Assembly (NCBI GenBank): GCA_004764695.1
Contig: SMSO01000031.1
Coordinates: forward strand, 3,572,436-3,636,435
Reading direction: 5' to 3'
Length of the DNA: 64,000 nt
DNA from: Schizochytrium sp. TIO01
Taxonomy: Eukaryota; Protista; Bigyra: Labyrinthulomycetes
Numbering within the stretch: position 1 is the first letter of the stretch; every line of letters begins with the position of its first letter. Under the pieces are notes generated by a model. It was not told the DNA's origin. It ran no database searches and was given only the letters and a program-made list of their open reading frames with translations. A program made the position numbers and the translations under genes. This document shows, piece by piece, positions 10,342 to 23,215 of this stretch.

Positions 10342-12542
10342 TACGTAGTTTGCCTTTTCGTCTAAAACAAAGCAAAAGCCTGGAGCGCTTGTATGCATGC
10401 ACAAATCAAGAAGACTTCTAATTCTTGGCTGAATTGTTGAAGTTAGAGTCCAACCAGGACTCTGCGTTTTTGCAGCAGTCTGAAACCTCAGCAGAACAGT
10501 ATTGTGGCGCTCGATCTTCGATTCTTATTGCTTCTTCCCCGCCAATTTATCCACGTTTCGACGTCTGATGGCTATTATGATGGAGGAAAGTCTCTTAAGT
10601 TGATGCACAACGTCGCCAAAGCTCAGGCCTCTGACGATGCATCATCACGTGTGGAACATCATCTTCGACTCGGCACAGCTATCTTTACAAAGAATGATGC
10701 AAACTGCAGACTTGTCCCTGCAACTTATACGGGAGCCGTCTTCGTTCGGGGAGTTCGAAGCTTGAGCAAAGGTCACGCATCGTTGGGAGATCTCAGAGCC
10801 ACCTGCATGATGGGGTACAATTATCGAAAGGCTCCTGAGCACGAAGTAATAGCAATTCGCCCAAACGTATGTCCCTCTTTAGTGCATTAGAAGACCAACA
10901 GTTGGTCGAAGATGCCATCATTTCATGTAAAATCACAAGACCCCAAATTACATATCATCAGTCATGCGTGAAACCTCGAAAGCAGGTCTAGCGTTCCGAG
11001 CTTGCTGTTGGGGGCCGGCGCGGAGGCGAGGTCCGGCATTCCGATGGCCAAACATCGTCGCTGTTGCTGTTTTGTCATTAACTTGCCTGAACCTTTGGCG
11101 CGAGCCTCGGGCACACCGCGTTGAGCACATGTTTAGCTCTTAACTTATTATTATTTTCTAGTTCCATTTTTTAAAAATAATCAAAGCTAAGTAAACCTTG
11201 AGTCAAACCAGTACTAGGTAAGGGCTACTCGTAGCTACCGTAGGTGCACTATGTTAGAAATACACGGGTCCTTTAAAACTATTAGAGAATAAGAAAGAAA
11301 GAAAGAAAGGAAAAGCGTGTCAAATCTCCTTAGAATGAGGACCTAGAGAGGCGATTTCAACACTCTTCCGGGGTGTCGGCTCCATCAAGCTTCTCTCCTT
11401 CATAGTCACCACTCTTATGATCAAGAACAGGACAACATCGTTAAAGCTGTTGGTTTTTGAGTTGACCTTCAAACCTCTGATGGTTTGTTCCAGCAATGCA
11501 CTGTGTGTTTCTCAGTCAGTCAGGATTGCTGACTCTGACGTATTTCTTGACTCATAGGTGCTAAGGTATTAGTTAGGTGAGGTATAGCATGCGCAGGTAA
11601 GTTCCTTCTAGATTATTACTAGTGCATACTGTAAGTGGAAGTTTTTAGCGACTGGTGTTCTTTACCTAAGTCTAGAGTAAGGGTATCTAAGATGTCTCAT
11701 TTTCAAAGTTATACTTTGGAAATAAATATAATCTGGGCCTACTAATCATACTGTTTACGATAGAGGGAAAGAAAGCGAGAAAGAAAGAAAAAGGAGAATT
11801 AGTCGAAGAGCCGCAGCTACACGCATCTCAAGGGGGTTGATGTAGTAGAGTAGCAGGTAATGTTGGACGATTGAGAACGAAGTCCAATGGCACTGGTTTG
11901 GTTTAATAGGTGAACACGAACACATGGTAGCTTGGTGGGGTATATACTTAATTAGAATGACGTTTTCTTCCCGCCTTTTTGTTTGCCATTAAAAAACGTT
12001 TTTTTAATTAAAAAAGAAAAGGAAATGGAGAATTGTTTGTTTTTGCAAGTTTGAATTACAATATGTGCGACATCCTGACACAGTCAAGATCTGAGGTGAT
12101 AAATTTCGAGCTTTCACGCCAAGACTATCATAATCCATCAATATTGAGCTTCAACCGTGAATCCCTACACATCGTTAAACCCTATTAATAACCCAATAAT
12201 TCTTATGTTTTTGTAAAAGAAGGATTGGCCAACCTCAAATACAATGCACCACCGGCTGGAAAAATGTGCATTGTCATTACCAAATGTGGGGGAGAAGCTA
12301 ACTTATGTAAACGAAGGCCTGGTTTGGGGTAGCCTTTGGACATCTAAGCAGGAACCTTTTTAATTTCTATATATATAAACATAAGCTGAGTGAAGTTCAT
12401 CCTGGAGCATTTTCATGAGCAGGATGCCAAAATCTCAATACATCGACCTAAAAATAAACCTACAAGTAACACACAATATGAGAATAATTTTCCTTGAGGG
12501 AATGCATGCCCAGGCAAAGGATAGCTTTATGAACGGTGGCGA

Positions 12543-15500
12543 TTATTGAAGGTCTACAGCTGTAGTAAACGGTCTGAGTTTCTCTTCTTCAGCTGTTTCT
12601 CCTTTCTTCTCAGCAGATGATAGGTGTTCAGCATCGGGGTGGTCGGCACCATGACGAAACTCCAGCATGTCGGAGGTAGAGAAGCTAGTTCCAGGGCTAT
12701 GCGAAGAAGATCCTGGTGTTGGCGGATTCGACGTGCAAGCAAGACTTATACCACTTCGAGATGATGATTCAAATTCAAACGATAAATTGGGATACAGGCC
12801 ATGGCGACTGATGGTTTTATCTGCTGTGATCAGGGTGCTGTCCTCAGTTTGCTTTATAATCACCGAATTGGTCCTTGCCGAAGTTCCATCTTCTTCTGAA
12901 ATGGCTTCAACTGTTTCATATCCCTCGCCTCCGCAAGGTCTAGAAACCTCCTTCTCACTAATACTATCGTCAAGCTTTACATTGTCAATCAATGGCAAAT
13001 CTCCCTGCGAATCCTCGTCAATAGCAACGCTTTTGTCACTCGGGGTATCAGGCTCCGAGTCAGCACATTTCCCATCATTATTAGATTTTCTATTTTGCAA
13101 AGATTTTGTTCGGATGCAGCAATTGCATCTGTTGTGAGCTCTTTTAGAGATCCGGAAGACGATTATAATAAACGCAGACAAAGGCACAATAAAAATAATG
13201 CAAATAACACCAGCCTCCAAAGCAACAAGGTTTTCAACCACTGTAGAGCTAAGCAAACAGATAAGAATACAGAACATCATAGCATGGGATATGGATGCCA
13301 TAATGTTATCGAGTGGATTTACGTAAGGCCGTGCATGAGACTGCAAAGTTGAGCACAGAAAATTTACAAAGATAACAAAAGCAATTTGGCCCACAGTTCC
13401 GTCAGCAACTAGCAAAACAATTGATGTAAGTAGGAGCTTTCGTAAAAGCTCAATCACCTCATAATAACGCCGAAAACGCTGGCGAAAGGTTTTTTCGCGC
13501 CCTTCAATTTTCTCATTGTAATAAAGCTCATGCAAAAACGCAGCGCCGTGAACACATGGACGATGACTCATAGAGATCATGACAGAAAAAAGTATAGCAG
13601 TGCCAGGTACATAAATGACGGCCATGGCTTTTGCAATAACTAAAAGCATCTCCATGTCGTCGCAGTTGGTTGCATAGTCAAAGCGCAGATAGCGGGAACC
13701 ATCTTCCAATTGATCACAGACAAACGACTGGAAGATTGTCGTATTGACTGAAGGAAAAACTAAGAAGATGAGAAAGATTGCAAGAAACCAAGAAGCCGAA
13801 GCGAGACTTGTTTTCTTTTTGGCCGCCTTAACAAAACACCGAACAATCGCGTAGGCAATAAAAAGGATCGCTAACAAAACCAAAGGAATAGACGTCGCGA
13901 GGATAACTTTGGTCTGATGGGTATTGGAGATTGCACAACCTGTTCTTGTAGGAAGCTTGGAAGAGTCCACGTTCAACCATGAAAATACTACTGTGAGTTT
14001 TCCCCAATTCGACCAAAAGTCATAGGTCTGGCTAAAGACACGTTGGAAACCTGTGATGACCTGCACAAATCCAATAAGAATGCTGATTGGACCACGAGCA
14101 TGAGACATAAACTGTGATATTCCAGCTCGAGAGATCCGAAACAATTTCCGCGGGCCTGCACAGCAGCCACTGGCCGGCTTAGAGCGATCCCTTTCAGAGA
14201 GGGCGCTAGAGAAGAGGATTCCAATCACTAATGGCCATATAATGCACGCGACAGCCAGAATACTATATAGAATCGCTTGGTCAGCACGTGTTTCACTTTC
14301 TGTACATAGGGTGCACATTCCATCCGAGCCTTTGCTATAACCGTCAATACAAACTGCGCAAAAAGGGGCCAGTGTGGCCGTCCGCGCAATACAGAGCGTC
14401 AGACCATACAGAGAGGGCTCGCCTACTTCCATTTAAATTGCTTTCAAATATTGTGCTGTTCTCAGATATTCCTTTACCACCGATACAATATTTCGGGTAC
14501 GGGCATTCATGGATAACTGAAGAGGTCAATGATGCACGCCAATAGCCGGGTAGTAGCTTTAGGGTCTCAAGAGTGGAACCGGTTGAGTTGCAGTCCAGCC
14601 CTGAAGAACATGTGACAATATCAATGCTCCCAGAGCTATCTGTCATCATATAAAATCCTGAAGGAGCAACGCAATCATTCGCTGAGGTTGCTACGCCGAC
14701 GGTGGTCTGTAATTCATTTGGACAAGCCACACAACCCACCGAAATATCCTCAATGTAAGTTGCACGGGCGCACTGATCACACTCGTAATCACCATCGTCT
14801 TCAGTTCGTACACGTTCATAGCCAGCTTTACATACAATCGAAGCGGTACTCATGGCATCACTAGGATTCGTACTTGTCCCATCCATTACTGCCACAACAC
14901 GGAAGAAGCTACCTTCACCCTCTCGAAGGCCCATACGAATTCCTCGAATGCCCGGCACTAACGTAAAGGCACAGTCTTCGACTACGTATGGAGACTCGTC
15001 AGCGCTAGTGCAAGCGAGGGCGAGATCTACAGTATCGTCATCTTCATCTCGGGTGGCGGTCCGATAAACTCCAAAATAATCTGGCTCGTCACCATTCCAA
15101 GTCCAAGTCAGGTCGACATAGCCATCAGCATCATATTCATCTTCAGAATACTTTGCAGCAGCTTGAGAGCGAACAGACTTTACACGACGTAACTCGCATC
15201 CACCTTCTTCATAGCCATCGTCGCCATCAACAACACCAGTGCAAACACACTTAACACTGGGTGAGTAGCCGTCCTCGTTTTCATAGCATGTTCCATCGGA
15301 AGAACACGTACCAGGACACCCGATCACTGCGGTGGATGGAGCGAAAGAGGTAGCATCTCCATCGAAGGTGGTTTCTGAAAGACGAAACCGGGACTCAGAA
15401 TAAACATAACGACCAGCTTCGTCTGCAAAAGAAAGAACATCACCAGTGGTGCTGGTAAAGGTAGACCCGCTTGCAATTTGTGGAAGAGGGTTACTTCCTT

Positions 15501-18500
15501 CAAAATGACAAGCATGTATGTGTGCTGAGACACCAGCAGCAATGTAAATACTACCTCCCACACCCTTTGTACACCCATCAGTTGCCGCAGCCTGCATAGC
15601 TTCATTAAGTGAACACTCAGCAGTCTGATAAGCACCTTGAGAGGTACTCGTTCCAACATCAATCTGAATGGCACTGCATCGTGTCCGATTTGACCATGCA
15701 ATGGTCATTTCGCATCCAGACGTTTCGCGGCAAGTCAATTGGGCGGAGTTATTGTAAAAACTTACTCCACTAAGACTTGCCACAGTGCCAGCACCAGAGT
15801 ACAGGGCTCCACCCTGTGACGAAGCATCATTCAGAGCGAAGATGCATGATGCAAGATCTACCTCGGCACCCGCTAAAGATGCAATGGCTCCACCACTTTC
15901 TGATGCAGAGTTTCCATAAAAAAATGATTCCGAGAAAAGAGCTGCAACAGTTCCATCGAGATATACACTTCCTCCACTACCTTGTGTAGCTGTATTGTTT
16001 GCCAGGGAACAGTCATAGAAGTCGTATGAGTCAAGGTTAGGAGATTCTTCGTAAAATATTGCCCCTCCGTATAACGCAGTGTTAAGGTCGAAAGTACTGT
16101 TGAAAATACACGCATGAGAGTCGTCGCAAGCTGAAAACTCAGAACTTGGGGCATAGGCACCAACAACATGGAGCGCTCCACCACCAACAGCAGCAGAGTT
16201 TCCAGAAAATATGCTACCAGTCCAAAGACTCGGAAGAACACTCCTTTTTTTGAAATCCAAGGCGCCGCCACTCATCTCTGCGCTATTGTCTGTGAAATTA
16301 GTGCTGATGATGTTCCTTATTTCTGCGCCTATTTCAATACTAATTGCACCTCCGCCTCCACCACAATGATTGCCCGAAAATAAAGAATCCTTTATGGTCC
16401 CAATATACCCCATAACGTCGATTGCACCTGCGTTACCTGTACCCAGTCCGCTCTGTCGGTTATCGATGAATTGGCAACGATCAATAAGGCCGATAGATCC
16501 TCGGGTTTTGACGATTGCTGCACCGCCCAAAGCTGCAGTAAGCTCTTGGAATACGCAGTCTACAACCTCATCAATTTGACCTTCTACGGTGAGACCACCA
16601 CCTTGACGAATTCCAAGGGAGCCGCCAGCAGTAGTTTTGTAGAACACACAGTTAGATATACGCCACACTCGCCCAAGTACAAGAATGATGCCGCCATAAC
16701 GATGTGAGCCCTGGAATGTTGTTTTGTTCATTTGAAAATGGATATTTGTCATTTCCCACATTGTTGCTTCGAGTTCAACACGAAGAAATTCCCAGCCTTC
16801 CATTTGCACCCTTTCACCTTCGCGAGGCTGTCCCACAAGAGAAATGTTGGTTCCGGCTCTTATTCTAAGCTCCTCAGTTACGTAAACTGTCGGTGCAGTG
16901 ACAACAATCTCACCATGGACAAAGTCTTCATCTAGAAGAGCATCTTGGAGTTCCTGGTAAGAATCTGCATAGCGAGTTTCAAAAACTATCGAGCCTCCTC
17001 CAAGTTCGCCATCTGATGACTCTGTCTCATTACTGGCAATTGGTGTAGCCCATGCAACCAGAGTTGCGGGAAGCTTGCCCTCGTCATCTCCAAGACCTCT
17101 AAGGTCATTTACAATGAAAAAGTAAGCCTCCTGTCCAGTAGATTGAATGTCCTCATATGCACCTTTTGCACACAGTCGCCGGTGGGGCCCAAGAAAGGGG
17201 GTGTTGTTAAGTTTATTTTCTTCTCGAAGAGCAAGGTAGTCGAAGGGGCAGCTCGAGTCATTTCGATACGAGCTATCTAGTTCAAGGTCCAATAAGATTT
17301 CAAAAGACATATGGACCTGCGCACCTGAGATGTTCGGAGCAATCATGTGAATGCACTGGTCTTGCTCCGGAGCCATTTCAAGTACGTAGCTTGTAAGATT
17401 GACCACACTTCCATCGCTTGGTAACTCGATGCTAAAACACGCGAAATCAATAGACTCATCTACGACAAAACCATGGGGTGCGACTTCAGAATCGCTGTGG
17501 TCTCCAAAAACCACCTCATGGGTTGTGTTCATAACGCGATACGCTCCATAATCATCATCACTCGAATTCCTCCATACTGTTGCGATGATGTAATCACCTG
17601 ATGATGTGGCACTTGCGGTAATGCGGTACAACTCTATATCAAGATTATCATAATCTTCTGAGATATCTGCGAAATACGGCAAGCTCCATGTCTGACCATC
17701 GTCGGTGGATATGCGATAAGCGACCCTTACCAAGTGTGTCCCTGGGGTTTCATAACGATAGAACACCGACCAATAGCCTTCCATTAGTGGATCTGCTACG
17801 ACCATAACTTTTTCGTCTCCTTGTCGAGTTGGAAACATGAGGTGATCTACATATCCTGTTTCCTGCATTTCTAAAAGGCTTTCATCATTGGGCTGAAGCT
17901 TTGCCCACTTAATACCGACACTTTGGTGATTCCACACCACCATCCATGTATCGGAAAAGGGGCTCCAAGCAATAGCCAAGTCTGAGTCTTTACCATCGTA
18001 GTTTGTTAATCGAAGGCGATCTTCCCAGCCACATGTATTGCTCTCTTGTTTAATCTCACTAAGCATAATGTCTGCATATCCGCTTTCAATCGTAGCAGTG
18101 ACGCCCATTAATACGCGTCCCGTGCGTGGGTCTGCGGACATCACTGCATTGCGATCTTGGATTGTATCAGTTGTTGCACCTGCAAAGACACTCGTAACCT
18201 CGGTGAGGTCATACTCTGAAGTATTTTCTCGTACCCTCCCGAACGGATCATCGGAGGTAGCAAGTGAAAATGATGTTGTTAAAATATCTTTGTCGGTGCC
18301 AATATTTGTACCATCAGCAAGGTAAGCATTGTTGGTTTCCCAAATTGCAAAGACTGTTCCATTTGGGTCTGCAGCAACAGCAGGATAGCGTTTGTATCCA
18401 CCAGCTACAGAGTTTGCGATTACAGCGTTTCCGTAAGATCTTCCACGAAACATAAGACCATTCTCAGCATCTTCCTGACCAATATATGCGACGTAAATGG

Positions 18501-18981
18501 ATTGCCCACCAGTACAACATTTCCCGTTTGCCCTGTAGATATATGCAAAGGTCCGGAAAACAACTGCCCAACCACTGTTACTCAGTGGTGCAACATAAGG
18601 CTGGACCTGTCCATTTGGGTGATCTATTGCATATGCATAGTTCTCGAACAGCGCGAGGGACTTTTCACCCCAGGTTCCATTGGCATACCGCAGCTTGTAA
18701 AACAGCTGAACAACCGAGTTTGAAGGATCTGGAACGGTGGTTTCTGGAAAAATTGAAATGCACGAATTGTTGGTGTTGCAAGCAAGCGCCGGCCTGAAAG
18801 CATTGTTTGCAGTAATGCCGCCACCATCGAGCCAATACTCTGCATACCCGCTAAATGTTGTTTGGTTTGACCAGCCCACCGCATTTCCTGCAACTTTGTG
18901 GATGTGTAAAAGTGCGCTTATTATTGACAGCGCAACCAACAAAGTATTTGCAGCAAGGCTGGGCCATCTGGCCAGCATCAT
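12543..18981 (-). CDS. Giant multidomain cell-surface membrane protein, paralog B, split by a +1 frameshift near 14360-14368
   Basis: ORFs 14344..18981 and 12543..14432 are colinear with paralog A (GYKRYP, DKDIL, IQDRN, GCTKGVGGSIY, YSESRFRLSE, GCPGTCSS, DGYEEGGC, GSRRAL). Removing one base from GGC CCC TTT TTG restores GHTGPFCAVC, matching GHLGPYCSVC in A. Clear CUB motif (CPFDYL...RLC...IQSTG). Confidence 0.88.
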
Positions 18982-20349
18982 CCGCGTCTCTGCTCACGGA
19001 ATTGTACTGGTTTAACTCAACTAACGATTTCTTTTTCTTGAAAGAATAGTTTAAAAGTAGTTGGTGCAGGCCACAAGTCCCTACAACTCGGACTTGGACT
19101 TGAGCTCCAGCCTATAAAGCTAGAGGCTCGCTGGTCCTTGAAGTTTGTGAGGTGAACTATGGCCCTCAAACGAGTTAAGCCTGATTTCTTCTTGCTCAGT
19201 CGCCTTTCCGCCTGCTAGATTAGTTTGGGCTTGCTTCCCTTTCCTACAGGCAGAATGGCTCAGGCCAAGCGTTCTCACGAGCCGGATCCTGATGCGAGTA
19301 GCTCTACCCAAAGACCACTCACACAGTCTCGCCAACGTTTGCGTGAATACTTGACCTGGTTGCTTTGCTTCTCTCCAACTCTGTCTGTGACTGCTGCTGC
19401 CGTGGTATGCGTAGCCGCCGCAAGCCCTGTTCGTCTTTATGTTGCTATTCGCTGTTTGCCAGTACGTGGTTTCTTATTGAAGACGTTCCTTTTTTTATTT
19501 AATTATATATATATTTTTTTTTTTAATTTTTTTTTAATAATTTTAATTTAGTTACTACTAATATAAATATATATGTATATTTTAAAGTAAGTTTTTGCTT
19601 CAGCTTTGTCTCTATATACGGGCGTAACAGTGTTTCGGTTTTCCATTATTCTTATTCGTTTAAAGTATGAACCGCGCGTGGCTCACGTGCCGCTGTCGGC
19701 TCTTGCTAAAGCAAAGGCCGAGGACGAGAGACATAACGGCAGCAGGTATTGCTCGAAATTAGACGATACAGTTGTGCCACTCCTGGTCGCCAGATGCTAG
19801 AGCCGAGGCTGCTACTTTTGCTCTTGCGCTTGGAGTTAATTTCATTGCTTCTTTAGAAAATGTCTCCCTACGATCTTTTGTTCACTTTCTTTTTTCCTAA
19901 TGAAAGGAAGCTAGTTCATTGAGTTGTAATTTTGTAACAAATATTGAGCTCAAGAAGAACTCAAACTAACCAAAAAATTAAAACTTGCCAGTCAGATAAA
20001 TAGTTAGTTAGGTAGAGCAATAGAAATAAAACTGAGCACACGCGGCAAAGAACGTCGCTAGGTGCTCCTTTTGAAGATATCTTGTTGGCAGCCTGGTAGA
20101 ACCCACTCCAGCTACATGACTGGTTGGTAAAGAAAGACCTGCTACTCAATTGCAGACAAGGCCATTGCTATACTTGAATTAATATTTCGCCCCCACAACT
20201 ACTAGTACCTAGGATTGTAAAGTCACAAAGAGCTTTTTAGAGTTGACATGATGAGTTTTAAAAGCCCAGCGCCATTCGTCCTCATGAAGTCGAGCTTCAA
20301 GGTGACTACAGTATGGTGGCGGCGGCGAAGCCTCCACTGATATTCTTCT

Positions 20350-20562
20350 TAGCATTGCCAGCTTCTGAAAGGCTCTTCAAGGCGACACAGCGTTTACTCG
20401 AAAACCATACAGCTCACGATACTTTGTTCGATAATATTGCGCTAAGTTTGACTCGAGCACTGCACCGCTGATGCCATGATGCCGCTTGTTGCAGACCATT
20501 GACCTACTCAACTTTGAATCCATCAAAACGTGCTCCAGTACAACGAAGAATTCGAAAGGCAA
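20350..20562 (-). pseudogene. Possible Hsp70-family ATPase-domain relic
   Basis: Reads GISGAVLESNLAQYYRTKYRELYGFRVNAVSP*RAFQKL, with the spacing of the Hsp70 segment LGGxDFDxxLxxxFxxxFxxxxxxxxxxxxRAxxRL. It has an in-frame stop and no flanking ORF. Matched by eye only. Confidence 0.3.
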
Positions 20563-23042
20563 TTCGAATGATCGAATGGAACTACTTCATTTCTCAGTAC
20601 ATGCCAAAAAAGTCTGAGTTGTACCCACTTCTGCGGGCCTGCTCGATTGCTCGCTTAATTCTTTTTTTTTTTTTAACGTCTTATTCTAAAGTATGATATT
20701 TAGGTATATATTTTTAATTAATAAATATTATAATCTAAGGTGCAAACGCCTGATACCTCGGATGATTAGTATGTATACCTCATCCGAGTCGGGGTCCATT
20801 TGTGCAAAACTTGTCGTGCAGTCCAGAAAGTACAAGTAGGTAGTTTAAGAAAGACTTCTCTGAAAAAGTCTTGACGGAGCTTCTGTGCATCCCTCACTCT
20901 GAGGTTTCGGGCTGCGCTGGAAAGTGCAAATCGGTCTGAGTTTTTGGTTCTATCTCAGTCAAATTCCTTTTTATTGTAATAATATTCGTTCTTAAACAAA
21001 TTATTATAATTAAAAGAAAAGAAAAAGAAATTGGAAAAGAAACAGAGTCTTTATTTAAAAAACTCACAGCTTACAGGAGTGCTTCAATTCTGATTAAGCG
21101 TGCTCCATTGGTTTGAAGCGAAGCAACAGTCGCCAGCCATGTCCTCGTGTGGTGGTTGTCAAAATGCGTCGGTCTCGAGCTTACTGTCGCGGGTTGGCGT
21201 TGTTTCCTGCCGGTAGTCAAGAAGGTGCACCTTCGAGACTATGTTGCTGCCTAGTTTCTGCAGGGGTTAGAGGTCTCAGAGCGGAGAGAACGAAGATGTA
21301 ATGAGAGTGTTCGAGGACTTTAGTAAAGACTCCGATGGCTGTCAGCATTTAGTTTGGCAAGTCAATGTAATGATCATCTTCGATAACAAGCCTGCAGGCA
21401 ACGAATTGTTGAATACTCTAGATTTCCTGCACACGGTGCTGATGAAGCGCGGCCTGCATGGAGCTCGGTCAGTGAGTACCTAAATAATCGTACTTAGCAC
21501 AGTCTGATACTAAAAAAAAGCCAATGACAGATGATTGTCCACGTTGCTGTACCTACCAGCAATCACCAACATCCGCCTAACTTGGGGCCGGAAAGTCTTG
21601 CAGTACCTAGCCAAACATAATGAAGACGATGATGCGAAGCCACTGTGCCTGAGACGGCACGCGCCAACAATGGGTGGAGTTCACAGGTGTAGACAGTATG
21701 AACGAGTGAGTTTACAACTCGCAAAATCATGGAGAACCAAAGAAAACCCTAGCGGCAGGGGGCAAGTTGGTTCAAATAAGGCTGCGGAGGAAAGCTTGGC
21801 TCGTCGAAAACGCGCAGTCGTGGCGTAGGAACCCAAGAGAAACTTCTGCGGTTCCTTTCACATTGATTTGAGGCAACCGGCTTCAATTTGTTAAAGTAAA
21901 TGAATTTTAGAGAATTGAGAGAGAATTAATTGGTGAAAATCCCCTCGTTCACTTTTTTTTTTTTTTTTTTTAATTTAAATTTAATATATAGGTCTTGGAC
22001 CATAGAAAATCCTTGAGGAAGTAGCTGCTTGAAGAACAAAAGGCACTCGTACTGACCACCGCACCAAATGCAAAATCCTTTGTTCTTGTTCAGGGAACTG
22101 GAAGAAGATTGAGAGGCGATGCTGAAGAAGGTTACCTGAAAGTGTTCTCAGGCTGCTAATGCAACCTACCTACTCCTTTTTGCGGACAAAAGGTTTGTCG
22201 GAAAGAGAAAGAACACCACACACTCCGCAAGTTTCCGCAAGCCACCGCAAAGTAGGTACTACAAAAGATCGGCATGGCTGAGTGCTACGACTAATCAACC
22301 AGTAGAGTCTTTGAGTCTTCAAAATAGAGGCAGCTTTTCAAAGGATAATGCACCTCGCACCATTGCAGTGAATGATAAAAGATAACTTTGTCGAATCACC
22401 ACCGACTTACCCAAATTAAAATTTTTATGTCCGTGGAAACACGATGCTGCTGAATAGATGAGTTTATTTGTATTTTAGAAAGTGGACAAAGTGGCAAGTT
22501 ATGAATACCGGGGAAGAGTTTCATACATGTTCAAAATGGCCTGAATTCTGTAATTACCAGAAATTGAATGGACAAAGCTTCACTGGAATTAACCAAACTT
22601 GTTTTGTTTATTTCTGCATGAAGACTGAATCTCAACTCAGAGGAACTATATCCAGATAGCGCCATCTAGCTCTCTATATGTGTAAAGCGATCGAAGTGAT
22701 GTCATAAAATTTTACACGTCATACTACTTCAGCACGAAATGCTTACTGTCAAATTAAGAAATGCACCAATTGAGCATGGTCGTTCTAGTATCATTGACTA
22801 ATACAACATTCATTATGAGATGCTTGCCGAGAAAACCTAGCAGATATAGATACTCTCAGTGCACATAATGATAGGATGGATTCTTACCAAAATGACACAT
22901 CACGTACCTTTAAAAAGTTCTAGGATCAACCTTACGTACAACACTCATTAAGACCCAGTAAAGTGGTCATCACTTCACAAGAGCAATTGTAATTATTATC
23001 GCACTGATGTATAAGAATAAACATTCTCGGGTTGTAGACGCC

Positions 23043-23215
23043 ATACCTTGCGAAAACAAAAACAAAAACCTACATAGCAGGCTGCTGAAACGTCGTCGAT
23101 CAAATCGAATCAAAGGTTGGTTGGTGACGTGATGCCTTGCGAAAACAAAACAAAAACTTACATTGCAGGCTGCTGAAATGCCATTGATCCAATCAAACCA
23201 AAGGTTCGTCAACGC
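23043..23215. repeat. Two-copy diverged tandem duplication, period ~89 bp
   Basis: ATACCTTGCGAAAAC... at 23043 and ATGCCTTGCGAAAAC... at 23132 share GCAGGCTGCTGAAA and CAAAGGTT. Confidence 0.85.

Noticed and set aside
9979-10404. Hydrophobic ORF and Arg/Lys-rich antisense ORF
   Set aside because: Generated by (GAA)n and (GAAAA)n tracts.
12543-14432. 629-aa ORF as an independent membrane-protein gene
   Set aside because: It is the C-terminal part of paralog B; its first ~20 residues are out-of-frame sequence.
20248-20340. ATGATGA...CTGA resembling a C/D-box snoRNA (a similar ATGATGA occurs near 33035)
   Set aside because: No convincing terminal stem or recognisable guide; such words occur by chance.
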